Made by a program: the position numbers and the translations under genes. A model generated the notes under the pieces. That model was not told where the DNA came from and ran no database searches. It saw only the letters and a program-made list of their open reading frames with translations. A stretch of DNA of 64,000 nucleotides from an uncultured Bacteroides sp. GTDB lineage: Bacteria > Bacteroidota > Bacteroidia > Bacteroidales > Bacteroidaceae. Below, in pieces: positions 9,697 to 17,733 of the stretch. Each line of letters begins with the position of its first letter. Within the stretch, counting starts at the first letter, position 1. The stretch spans positions 171 through 64,170 of the forward strand of contig NZ_CAJLKP010000027.1 of the NCBI RefSeq assembly GCF_905207245.1, read 5' to 3'.

Positions 9697-10296
9697 ATGA
9701 CTGTATCGAAGACAAAAGCTAAATTAGTGGATGTAGCCCGTCAGTTGTTTGCAAAGATGGGTGTTGAGAATACCACGATGAATGATATCGCTCTTGCTTC
9801 TAAAAAAGGTAGAAGAACTCTCTATACCTATTTTAAAAGTAAGGAAGAGATCTATACGGCTGTTGTCGAGTCGGAACTGGAGATTCTTTTGGATGTGATG
9901 AAGCGGGTGGCAGAGAAAGATATTTCACCCGACCAGAAGATTATCGAAATGATTTATACTCGCCTGGATGCTGTGAAGGAGGTGGTATATAGGAATGGAA
10001 CGCTCCGTGCTACCTTTTTCCGTGATATATGGCGGGTAGAGAAGGTGCGCAAACGTTTTGATGCCAAAGAACTACAGCTTTTCAAGGATGTACTCCAAGA
10101 GGGTGCGGAGAAAGGGGTATTTCAGATTGACGATGTCGATATGACTGCCGAGCTGGTACACTATTGCGTGAAAGGTATCGAAGTACCTTATATACGCGGA
10201 CACATAGGCGCTAAACTGACGGATGAGGAACGCGACAAGTACGTGGTCAACATTGTGTTCGGTGCGCTGCATAGAAAAGAAAACTTTAATCAATAA
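9697..10296 (+). CDS. TetR/AcrR-family transcriptional regulator
   Basis: N-terminal HTH: KLVDVARQLFAKMGVENTTMNDIALASKKGRRTLYTYFKSKEEIY. Confidence 0.86.
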   Translation: MTVSKTKAKLVDVARQLFAKMGVENTTMNDIALASKKGRRTLYTYFKSKEEIYTAVVESELEILLDVMKRVAEKDISPDQKIIEMIYTRLDAVKEVVYRNGTLRATFFRDIWRVEKVRKRFDAKELQLFKDVLQEGAEKGVFQIDDVDMTAELVHYCVKGIEVPYIRGHIGAKLTDEERDKYVVNIVFGALHRKENFNQ

Positions 10297-10306
10297 TTAA
10301 AAAAGT

Positions 10307-11053
10307 ATGGGATTATTAGATGGAAAAACTGTCATTGTGACTGGTGCTGCACGCGGCATCGGTAAGGCGATCGCTTTAAAGTTCGCTTCTGAAGGAGCAA
10401 ATATTGCATTCACTGACCTGGTGATTGATGAAAATGCAGAGAATACAACCAAAGAACTGGAAGCAATGGGCGTGAAAGCTAAAGGTTATGCTTCAAACGC
10501 TGCCAGCTTTGAAGATACTGCCAAGGTAGTAGAAGCCATTCATGCAGATTTTGGTCGCATTGATATTCTGGTAAACAATGCAGGTATCACTCGTGATGGT
10601 CTGATGATGCGTATGAGCGAGCAACAATGGGATATGGTTATTAACGTTAACCTGAAGTCTGCTTTCAACTTTATTCATGCTTGTACTCCGATCATGATGC
10701 GTCAGAAAGCAGGTAGCATTATCAATATGGCTTCTGTAGTAGGTGTTCACGGTAATGCCGGACAAGCCAACTATGCAGCTTCCAAGGCTGGTATGATTGC
10801 TTTGGCTAAGTCTATTGCCCAGGAACTCGGTTCTCGCGGCATCCGTGCCAACGCTATTGCTCCGGGCTTTATCCTGACCGATATGACTGCTGCATTGTCT
10901 GACGAGGTAAGAGCCGAATGGGCAAAGAAGATTCCTTTGCGTCGCGGCGGTACTCCCGAAGACGTGGCAAACATTGCTACCTTCCTCGCTTCTGATATGT
11001 CTTCTTATGTATCAGGACAGGTGATCCAGGTAGATGGTGGTATGAATATGTAG
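10307..11053 (+). CDS. fabG: 3-oxoacyl-ACP reductase (SDR family)
   Basis: TGAARGIGKAIA cofactor motif, NNAGIT, catalytic YAASKAG. 248 aa. Confidence 0.9.
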   Translation: MGLLDGKTVIVTGAARGIGKAIALKFASEGANIAFTDLVIDENAENTTKELEAMGVKAKGYASNAASFEDTAKVVEAIHADFGRIDILVNNAGITRDGLMMRMSEQQWDMVINVNLKSAFNFIHACTPIMMRQKAGSIINMASVVGVHGNAGQANYAASKAGMIALAKSIAQELGSRGIRANAIAPGFILTDMTAALSDEVRAEWAKKIPLRRGGTPEDVANIATFLASDMSSYVSGQVIQVDGGMNM

Positions 11054-11061
11054 TTTAAATT

Positions 11062-11151
11062 AAGAATGAAGAATGATGAATGAAGAATTTTGCTACGCTA
11101 TGCAAGTATGCCGCAAAGTAATTCATCATTCTTCATTCATCATTCTTCATT
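11062..11151 (+). repeat. palindromic element A (heptad-word arms plus GC-rich core)
   Basis: Perfect 24-bp stem: 11065-11088 (AATGAAGAATGATGAATGAAGAAT) pairs with 11128-11151. The arms are 7-nt tandem words (AAGAATG AAGAATG ATGAATG AAGAATT). The 39-nt core is TTTGCTACGCTATGCAAGTATGCCGCAAAG. An A9 run follows and abuts the rluA-family ATG. Confidence 0.85.
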
Positions 11152-11159
11152 AAAAAAAA

Positions 11160-11831
11160 ATGACTGTCGTATACGAGGACAATCATATCATTATAGTCAA
11201 CAAGACCGCTTCCGAGATCGTTCAGGGAGACAAGACGGGGGATACGCCGCTTTCGGAAACTGTAAAGCAGTATTTGAAGGAGAAATACCAGAAACCCGGT
11301 AATGTTTTCATCGGTGTTACCCACCGGCTGGACCGCCCCGTGAGCGGTCTTGTTGTATTTGCTAAGACCAGCAAGGCGTTGTCCCGCCTCAATGAAATGT
11401 TCAAGAATAGTGAGGTGAAGAAGACTTACTGGGCTATCGTGAAGAATGCTCCGAAGGAGCTGGAAGGAGAATTGGTGAACTATCTGGTGCGCAATGAGAA
11501 GCAGAACAAGAGCTATGCATATGATAAGGAGGTGCCAAAAAGTAAAAAGGCCATCCTGAACTATCGCCTGATAGGAAAGTCGGAGAATTACTTTCTGCTG
11601 GAAGTGGATTTGAAGACCGGACGGCATCATCAGATACGTTGCCAGTTGGCAAAGATGGGATGTCCTATCAAGGGAGATTTGAAGTATGGCTTTGCCCGCT
11701 CCAATCCGGATGGAAGTATTTGCCTGCATGCACGTCGTATCAGCTTTGTGCATCCGGTGTCTAAAGAAATGATTGAAGTGGAAGCACCTGTACCGCCGAC
11801 GAATCTCTGGCAAGGCTTTCAGATGATATAA
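11160..11831 (+). CDS. RluA-family pseudouridine synthase
   Basis: Catalytic motif HRLDRPVSGLVVFAKT, plus GRHHQIRCQLA. Confidence 0.88.
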   Translation: MTVVYEDNHIIIVNKTASEIVQGDKTGDTPLSETVKQYLKEKYQKPGNVFIGVTHRLDRPVSGLVVFAKTSKALSRLNEMFKNSEVKKTYWAIVKNAPKELEGELVNYLVRNEKQNKSYAYDKEVPKSKKAILNYRLIGKSENYFLLEVDLKTGRHHQIRCQLAKMGCPIKGDLKYGFARSNPDGSICLHARRISFVHPVSKEMIEVEAPVPPTNLWQGFQMI

Positions 11832-11834
11832 GAA

Positions 11835-11910
11835 AGAGCTTATTATAAAATAGAAATGCATCAAAAGGCTGAATAGTTTTTTGACGCATTTCTATTTTAT
11901 AGTAGGCTCT
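11835..11910. terminator. long bidirectional hairpin between convergent genes
   Basis: AGAGCTTATTATAAAATAGAAATGCATCAAAA pairs with TTTTGACGCATTTCTATTTTATAGTAGGCTCT (about 32 bp, 3 mismatches). Loop is GGCTGAATAG. Confidence 0.6.
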
Positions 11911-11912
11911 TA

Positions 11913-12944
11913 TCAAAAACGTGGCTTCACATATTTATCCTGAGAGGAAGTAAAACGTAATCCCGGTATGCTGTTACTCTTTCTTGGGAAGCTGATGGAC
12001 TTGATAAGCGAATAATCATCCGCATCCAGTGCATAATATTCGTCCGCGTCGGCTGTTTTCACACAAACCGTCCAGTCGAACATATTTCCGAAGATGGACA
12101 GGGCATCCTCTTCAGGATTGAAGGAAGGAACTCCGGTCTTGATCACATCATAAGTCTTATTGTTCAGCACATAGAAGTTGTTATCCACATCCGTCAGGAA
12201 CCCCAGTGTCTTGCGGTCCTTGAACTCCGTGATGAAAAGATACTTCGCATTTAAGCCTTCCGGCAGGGAAATGGCACGTACATACGGGCGCCCTTTTGTC
12301 TGTTTCAGATGGAAAAGTTTTCCCTCATTATCCAGAACCAGATAACCTTCATCGTACTCCTTGCGAGTGGTGGGATTACCGGCCAATCGGCGGGCAGGGA
12401 ATTTAAACCCTTTCTTCACCATAGCCTCTGTGAACAGTTGGCTTTTGTCTGTATCTACCGTATTGGTTTTCATACCGATAAATTCAAGATTTTTCGAGGT
12501 GACGCGGAATACATCATCGGGCATACTCAGGTCCACACGTCCCGACATACTTTCCAGCAAAGGATAAAGCTCTATCTTGGAGGCATTGATATCCGAAGCT
12601 GCCGAGCGGAAGCTGAAATTCGTAAGCTGCACCTCGCGCGGAGTGACGGCAACGCCATTGATGCTGTCCGGGAACCGCTCATCCGCCATAAGCTGGCGCA
12701 TGTAGAAGAACGGGAGAATACTGTCCGTCTGCTCCTGTGTATATACATTGCCGGACTGGTCGCGTCGTACCACGCCTTTACCATCTTCATTGCCCATGGA
12801 GAGGAAGTCGCCGAGGACACAACTGTACATGGAAAAAGGAACCTTCGATGGCTTTGCCGCAAAGAAAGAATAACACCAAGGCAACTGCCAGATAATGAGC
12901 AATGCAATAGTGATGTATAAGAATATTTGACTAAAACGTTTCAT
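11913..12944 (-). CDS. N-terminally anchored protein of unknown function (resembles the Bacteroides DUF4857 family, from memory)
   Basis: 343 aa with one N-terminal TM (IFLYITIALLIIWQLPWCY). The remainder looks soluble and beta-rich. Last gene of the ABC sub-operon. Confidence 0.55.
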   Translation of the reverse strand: MKRFSQIFLYITIALLIIWQLPWCYSFFAAKPSKVPFSMYSCVLGDFLSMGNEDGKGVVRRDQSGNVYTQEQTDSILPFFYMRQLMADERFPDSINGVAVTPREVQLTNFSFRSAASDINASKIELYPLLESMSGRVDLSMPDDVFRVTSKNLEFIGMKTNTVDTDKSQLFTEAMVKKGFKFPARRLAGNPTTRKEYDEGYLVLDNEGKLFHLKQTKGRPYVRAISLPEGLNAKYLFITEFKDRKTLGFLTDVDNNFYVLNNKTYDVIKTGVPSFNPEEDALSIFGNMFDWTVCVKTADADEYYALDADDYSLIKSISFPRKSNSIPGLRFTSSQDKYVKPRF

Positions 12945-12980
12945 TGTCTTTTTCGTTCTTAATAGTGAATGTATAACCTG

Positions 12981-13649
12981 TTAATCTTGTTCGCCTGCCT
13001 TGAACCGTGCGATGGAGAGCCATGAGAGACTTGCCGTGAGCAGGGTGTAGATTGCCAGCCAGGGCAGGAAAGCGTTGTAAGCTTCCGGTGCCGGAGCCAG
13101 GAAGAAGATGCGCAACAGCAATACAGAGATTACCAGATTGAGGACGCGGCGTTTCCAGGTCGGTTCCAGGCATATCCATGAAATCAGAAGATAAGCGGCA
13201 ATACCTGCCAGATACCAGGGAAGAGCTGTCAGCAGAATCCGCGAATAAAGTTCCGGAGCCAGGACGCCTTGCATGTAAACCGTCATCAGCAGGTAGTTGG
13301 CGGCAAAGCAGATAAGTAACACTACCAGTCCGTAGAGCAGCATCAGGTTAATCATCCGCAGTTGCGGGTAGGGCAGATGCAATGTCAGTTTCAGGCATTT
13401 ATGGTGCATTTCGGGTACGAATTGTACCAGTGCAAGCAGTATCCCGACCAATAGTGGAATAAATTCCAGTAAATCCACGAATACGGTATCCCGTGCCAGC
13501 ATAACTTCCCAAACGTGTTCCACGCCTTTCATGCTGGCAACACGGTTGATGCGCAACATCGAGTATCCGGCAAAACCGAGCGTTACAAGCAGTGCAAGCA
13601 ACAGATACCAGCGGGTTTTAATCCATTCTTTATAAAATATAGCGTTCAT
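12981..13649 (-). CDS. ABC-2-type permease-like membrane protein
   Basis: 222 aa with about 6 TM segments. N-terminus IFYKEWIKTRWYLL is typical of ABC-2 permeases. Lies downstream of an ABC ATPase. Confidence 0.6.
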   Translation of the reverse strand: MNAIFYKEWIKTRWYLLLALLVTLGFAGYSMLRINRVASMKGVEHVWEVMLARDTVFVDLLEFIPLLVGILLALVQFVPEMHHKCLKLTLHLPYPQLRMINLMLLYGLVVLLICFAANYLLMTVYMQGVLAPELYSRILLTALPWYLAGIAAYLLISWICLEPTWKRRVLNLVISVLLLRIFFLAPAPEAYNAFLPWLAIYTLLTASLSWLSIARFKAGEQD

Positions 13650-13650
13650 G

Positions 13651-13780
13651 GTGAATTAAAAATTAAAAATTGAAAATTAAAAAATGATACTGAGATATTG
13701 AAAATTGAGAATTGAGAGGTGATACAACAGCTACACTGCGCAGCTGTTTTTTAATTTTTAATTCTCAATTTTTAATTTAA
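13651..13780 (-). repeat. palindromic element B (AATTnAA heptad words, GC hairpin, conserved 33-nt arm)
   Basis: Fills the 131-bp gap between the ABC ATPase stop and the permease start. Contains heptad runs at 13654-13685 and 13697-13719, the hairpin AACAGCT-acactgcgc-AGCTGTT (13726-13748), and a 33-nt arm at 13747-13779 that is identical to 47869-47901. Confidence 0.8.
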
Positions 13781-14668
13781 TCAGTATTTTCCCGTCAGTC
13801 CGATAAAAGCATCTTCCAGGTTTACAGTCTCGCATTTCAAATCGCTGTAAGGCACTTGCAGGGCTTTGAAACGGGTTTCTACTTCTTGTTGAGGCAGGAA
13901 CGAGAAGGTTTCCAGCGTGTTTCTGATAAGAGACGGATGGTAGAAATCCTTATCTTCCGGCATCTTGTAACCTTCGGGCAACGTGCAGGTATAGCGGCGT
14001 ATCGTGTCCAACAGTTCCTTTACGGGCTGCTGGATGAGGATACGTCCGTAATCCATGATGATGCAGTCGTCTACCAGGCGTTCCATATCCTGAATGATGT
14101 GCGAGGTCAGGAAAACAGTTTTGTTTTCCGAGCGGGCATAGTCACGCAGATAGTCCACGAAGAGGCGGCGGTAGCCGGGGTCCAGACCGAGAGAGAAATC
14201 GTCCAGTACCAGCAATTCCGGGTTTTGCGCCAGGATAAGTCCCAGTGCCACTTGCGAACGTTGTCCGCACGACATACGCGAGATGCGCTGTCCGGGAGCT
14301 ACTTTCAGTTTATCCATCAGGTCGTAGTACGCTTCTTTGCGCCACTGTCCCGGATAGAAAGCAGAATAAAACTTCTCAATCTCCCGGATGGTCATGAACT
14401 GATATTGCACATGTCCCTCGATGAGCAGGCCGATATTACGGCGTGTCGAAGGGTGCATGGTCTGAATGTCCTGTCCGAAGATGGAGCATTGGCCGGAGCG
14501 GGGTTTCAGGTAACCGCTCAATATATTGATCGTTGTGGTTTTTCCTGTACCATTTTTCCCCAGCAGTCCCAGGATGCGCCCTTTAGGCACGCTGAAGCTG
14601 AGGTTTTCGTAAATTAACCGTTTGCCATAATAGTGCGTCAGGTTATTGCATTCAATGATATTCTCCAT
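13781..14668 (-). CDS. ABC transporter ATP-binding protein (ABC-2/NosF-like type)
   Basis: Walker A GKNGTGKTTT, signature MSCGQRSQV, Walker B LLVLDDFSLGLD. Confidence 0.9.
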   Translation of the reverse strand: MENIIECNNLTHYYGKRLIYENLSFSVPKGRILGLLGKNGTGKTTTINILSGYLKPRSGQCSIFGQDIQTMHPSTRRNIGLLIEGHVQYQFMTIREIEKFYSAFYPGQWRKEAYYDLMDKLKVAPGQRISRMSCGQRSQVALGLILAQNPELLVLDDFSLGLDPGYRRLFVDYLRDYARSENKTVFLTSHIIQDMERLVDDCIIMDYGRILIQQPVKELLDTIRRYTCTLPEGYKMPEDKDFYHPSLIRNTLETFSFLPQQEVETRFKALQVPYSDLKCETVNLEDAFIGLTGKY

Positions 14669-14763
14669 TGATATCTTTTGTTTTTAGTATTGAACCTATT
14701 TTAATAACTCGTTAGCTGCATGGATTGATCTCGGAACTCCTGTAGGTAATTCTGTTTACCCCA

Positions 14764-14896
14764 AATGGTAACTCCATTTACACGCCGTGGTAAAGACCGT
14801 TACATGCCGAGGTAAAGAGCGTTACAATACGTGGTAAAGGTCGTTACATCCTGCGGTAAATGCTTTTACCTCTTGTGGTAAATGCTTGGTAAATGC
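14764..14896. repeat. tandem array of about six 22-bp units (GnGGTAAAGnnCGTTACAnnnn)
   Basis: Units start at 14787, 14809, 14831, 14853 and 14875, with a degenerate unit at 14764. Each has GGTAAA...TTAC(C) dyad symmetry. Unit 14853 carries the perfect arms GGTAAA/TTTACC. Confidence 0.8.
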
Positions 14897-14962
14897 AATG
14901 CTTTGATAATTAGACTGCTAACCAATGCTTATATCTCAGGCTATATGCGAAGCTTGAGTCGT

Positions 14963-15535
14963 TTATAGAAATAGAAAAAGTAGCGGAATCAGTATACCTG
15001 CTGCAAGTTCTATACCTCCTCGTCCCCACAAGCCTTTTGGTCCTTTCAGCATCACCATTCCCGTGACGGTAATAATGATGAGTCCTACGGCAAATACATC
15101 TGCGAAGTGAGTCCACCATCTTCCGGGATTGTAATGCAGCTTGGTCAGGGCGCTTATCAACGGACGACGTGTCAGCTTCTCGTAAACGGCTTGCTTGGTC
15201 TGCAGATTGACCATCAGGTTGGAACCGCCTTTCAGGAATACCTTCATCTGGTTTTCCTTCGGGAAGTAATGTTTGGTATAGTTCTTTTCTTCACCGAGTG
15301 GTGCCAGCAGCTTCAGGACATCATCCTTTTTCATTCCGGCCTGCGGGGGCATCACTTCGGTAACGGTATATTCCTGTCGCTCTACCGAGTAATTGGGATT
15401 GATCGTATTCCGGTGGTTCATCACAATTCCGGAGATGGCATATATCAATACCATCCCCGAGAAGAAGAATGAGAGGTCCCGGTGGATGGTCCGGCTCCAT
15501 TTCCGAAATACGGTTCCCGCCTTACTGAATTTCAT
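14963..15535 (-). CDS. PepSY-associated TM-helix family membrane protein
   Basis: 190 aa. RKWSRTIHRDLSFFFSGMVLIYAISGIVMNH is the typical PepSY_TM N-terminus. A second TM pair lies at the C-terminus. Confidence 0.68.
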   Translation of the reverse strand: MKFSKAGTVFRKWSRTIHRDLSFFFSGMVLIYAISGIVMNHRNTINPNYSVERQEYTVTEVMPPQAGMKKDDVLKLLAPLGEEKNYTKHYFPKENQMKVFLKGGSNLMVNLQTKQAVYEKLTRRPLISALTKLHYNPGRWWTHFADVFAVGLIIITVTGMVMLKGPKGLWGRGGIELAAGILIPLLFLFL

Positions 15536-16106
15536 AGTTGGCGGCTTCCATATAATAGAATGACAGATAGGGCTTTCCTGATTCGGCCTGACGCTTGGCT
15601 ATTTTGGCGCGGAAGTCGGCGATACGTGCTTCGGGCGTATTGGCTGTTTCGCCGCGTGCTTTCTTCTCAGTGCTGCATCCGGCTTCGCCTTCACCGTGCT
15701 TTTCGGCAGCGGCAGCTTTCAAGCGTGATTCCCATTGTTGCAGATAAGCTTCGTCCACACGTTGTTCTTTCAGGGTTCCGGTGACGCGGACGATGCTGTT
15801 GACACACTTCGTATCGAAAGAACCCAGTTTGGCTGCTTCTACACGGATGGTCTGTGTGTCGTCGCTACCCATCAGGAAGATTTTGGTGGCGCCATGCTTG
15901 CAGGCATGTGTACATACACCTTCGATGGTGATTTCTTGGTCGGTCAGTGACTCGGCATTGGCAAGGAGGTCGTCTATTTCCATTGCACCGGAGGTCTGTT
16001 CGGTGGTTGCGGTTTCTTCAGTGCTCTTCTGCTTGTTGCTGCAAGAAGTTCCGATAAAGAATAACGCCATGATGGCGGCTGCGATTGATAATGTTTTAGT
16101 TCTCAT
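15522..16106 (-). CDS. lipoprotein of unknown function with Cys/His motifs
   Basis: Lipobox FFIGTSC. Contains CTHACKHG and a later GCS motif, so metal binding is possible. Overlaps the PepSY-TM start by 14 nt. Confidence 0.55.
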   Translation of the reverse strand: MRTKTLSIAAAIMALFFIGTSCSNKQKSTEETATTEQTSGAMEIDDLLANAESLTDQEITIEGVCTHACKHGATKIFLMGSDDTQTIRVEAAKLGSFDTKCVNSIVRVTGTLKEQRVDEAYLQQWESRLKAAAAEKHGEGEAGCSTEKKARGETANTPEARIADFRAKIAKRQAESGKPYLSFYYMEAANYEIQ

Positions 16107-16177
16107 TGTTGTTTTTTGTTTTATTGTTAGTTATACTTTTGTTTATTACGTAATTCACTATAGATGGAAGGAGGCCT

Positions 16178-17719
16178 TTAGAAAGAAATTCCCAGAGATA
16201 CTTCTATCCGGTCTGTCCCACCACATTTATCATATTCCTGATGCAGCCAGTTGGCTGAGAGGAATACGGCATACCGATCATTGAGTATATAGTCCCCGCG
16301 CAGTTTGAGGGCAACGGAGGCGTGGTCGTCACTGAGGTAATCGATGTTCGAGAGTAAAGTGCTGCCTACTGAACCTTTGCTGTCCAGTCCCGTCAGGGAA
16401 TAATCAGACTTCACATTGGAAGTATATCCACCGGCAACGCTTGCCGATAACAGCATTTTCGACACTTTCCAGAGGGATTGTGCTTCCAGTCCGCCGCTTG
16501 CAGAGGCTATTTCAACATAGCGTCCGTTTCCTTTATATTCGGGTTTCGTCTGGCAGTAGCCGGCGGTGGGGAGCAGAGTCCATCCCCAGCGGCGGTTCCC
16601 GTTGAGGCGTTGTCCTATCATACCTTTCAGTCCGGCTTTCAGTGTCGTATTTTTGAACTGGTCCACACTGCTGATTTGGGGATAAATGGCACCGGACGGT
16701 TCGCCGAAGATGTTTTCAACACCCGTACGCTGTTGCAATGCGGCAAGCAAGTGCACTCCATATTCCCATTCACGGTTGAGGTGTGTCCATGCAGTTTCTA
16801 ACGAAGCGTCTATGTTCTTTATTTCATTGATGGGAGTGTAATTGGTGCTGGACAACTCTTTGGTCAAATGAAAGTAGTCCGCCCGCAATGAAGCGGAAAA
16901 GCCATTATTGTCCCCTTCCTTGCTCACCGGAAGCAAATCGACGCTGCCGCCTATGCCCTCGCCTGTGTAGCGGGTGCTGGTCTGCGTTCCCGCAAAGCGA
17001 ACGTAATCCATGCCCAGCCCAAGCATTTGGTAGACGGATGTGGAACCTTTATCGGCAAGGAACGAGATTTCGCTCTTCTGATTGTACTTACGGGCATGCA
17101 CTGCAAGACCTAAGTTATATTTCCCGCTCAGGTTGCGTGAAAGTGCGAGGCTCGCCTGCAAATCGGAAATGATGTTACGCGGACGCGGGTCTTTGTCGCG
17201 GTAAGCAATCACCGCGCGATAACCCAGTTCGGCACCGGCAGTCCATTCGCCGAAGCGGTAGGCATACCCTCCGGAGAATTTATATTCCTCTTCTTTCATG
17301 AAGCCGCCGATGGAGTCGCCCACTACGTAAGGGTAGAGGAGAGAGTAGTCGGAATTCTCATTCCAAACCACATCTTCCCTGCGTCCGTTGCGGTAGGAGG
17401 CTTGCCCGAAAAGCCGGTTGCGCGGATTCAGTACGACGAAAGAGTTTACTTCTGCGCTGAAATCTTTTTTCCCGTTTCCTTCCTGTGCCAATGCAGCATC
17501 ACCACGTTGCTCGTACAGTCCCTTCACGCTGACGCTTGTCAGACTGAAAGGACGCTGTTCGAAACGGATGGCGGCATTCTGCCACACTTGGTTGCGGAAT
17601 ACAGCCATCCGACTGTATTCCGACAATAGTTTTTGTTCGACAGTAAGCGTATCTGCTGCGGCCAGTCGTAGGGGCGACAGGACTATTGCGGTCAATATGA
17701 TAAGGAAACGTTGTCTCAT
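16178..17719 (-). CDS. predicted outer-membrane beta-barrel protein of unknown function
   Basis: 513 aa with a signal peptide, alternating aromatic/polar strand pattern and a C-terminal ...SLGISF (terminal Phe). From memory it resembles the DUF6850 family. Confidence 0.55.
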   Translation of the reverse strand: MRQRFLIILTAIVLSPLRLAAADTLTVEQKLLSEYSRMAVFRNQVWQNAAIRFEQRPFSLTSVSVKGLYEQRGDAALAQEGNGKKDFSAEVNSFVVLNPRNRLFGQASYRNGRREDVVWNENSDYSLLYPYVVGDSIGGFMKEEEYKFSGGYAYRFGEWTAGAELGYRAVIAYRDKDPRPRNIISDLQASLALSRNLSGKYNLGLAVHARKYNQKSEISFLADKGSTSVYQMLGLGMDYVRFAGTQTSTRYTGEGIGGSVDLLPVSKEGDNNGFSASLRADYFHLTKELSSTNYTPINEIKNIDASLETAWTHLNREWEYGVHLLAALQQRTGVENIFGEPSGAIYPQISSVDQFKNTTLKAGLKGMIGQRLNGNRRWGWTLLPTAGYCQTKPEYKGNGRYVEIASASGGLEAQSLWKVSKMLLSASVAGGYTSNVKSDYSLTGLDSKGSVGSTLLSNIDYLSDDHASVALKLRGDYILNDRYAVFLSANWLHQEYDKCGGTDRIEVSLGISF

Positions 17720-17733
17720 GCTTAATCTTTTGA

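Noticed and set aside
11151-11160. A9 homopolymer before the rluA-family start as a phase-variation tract
   Set aside because: It lies outside the coding sequence. A-rich tracts directly upstream of start codons are the normal Bacteroidota initiation context. Similar A-runs precede the starts at 2364 and 61155.
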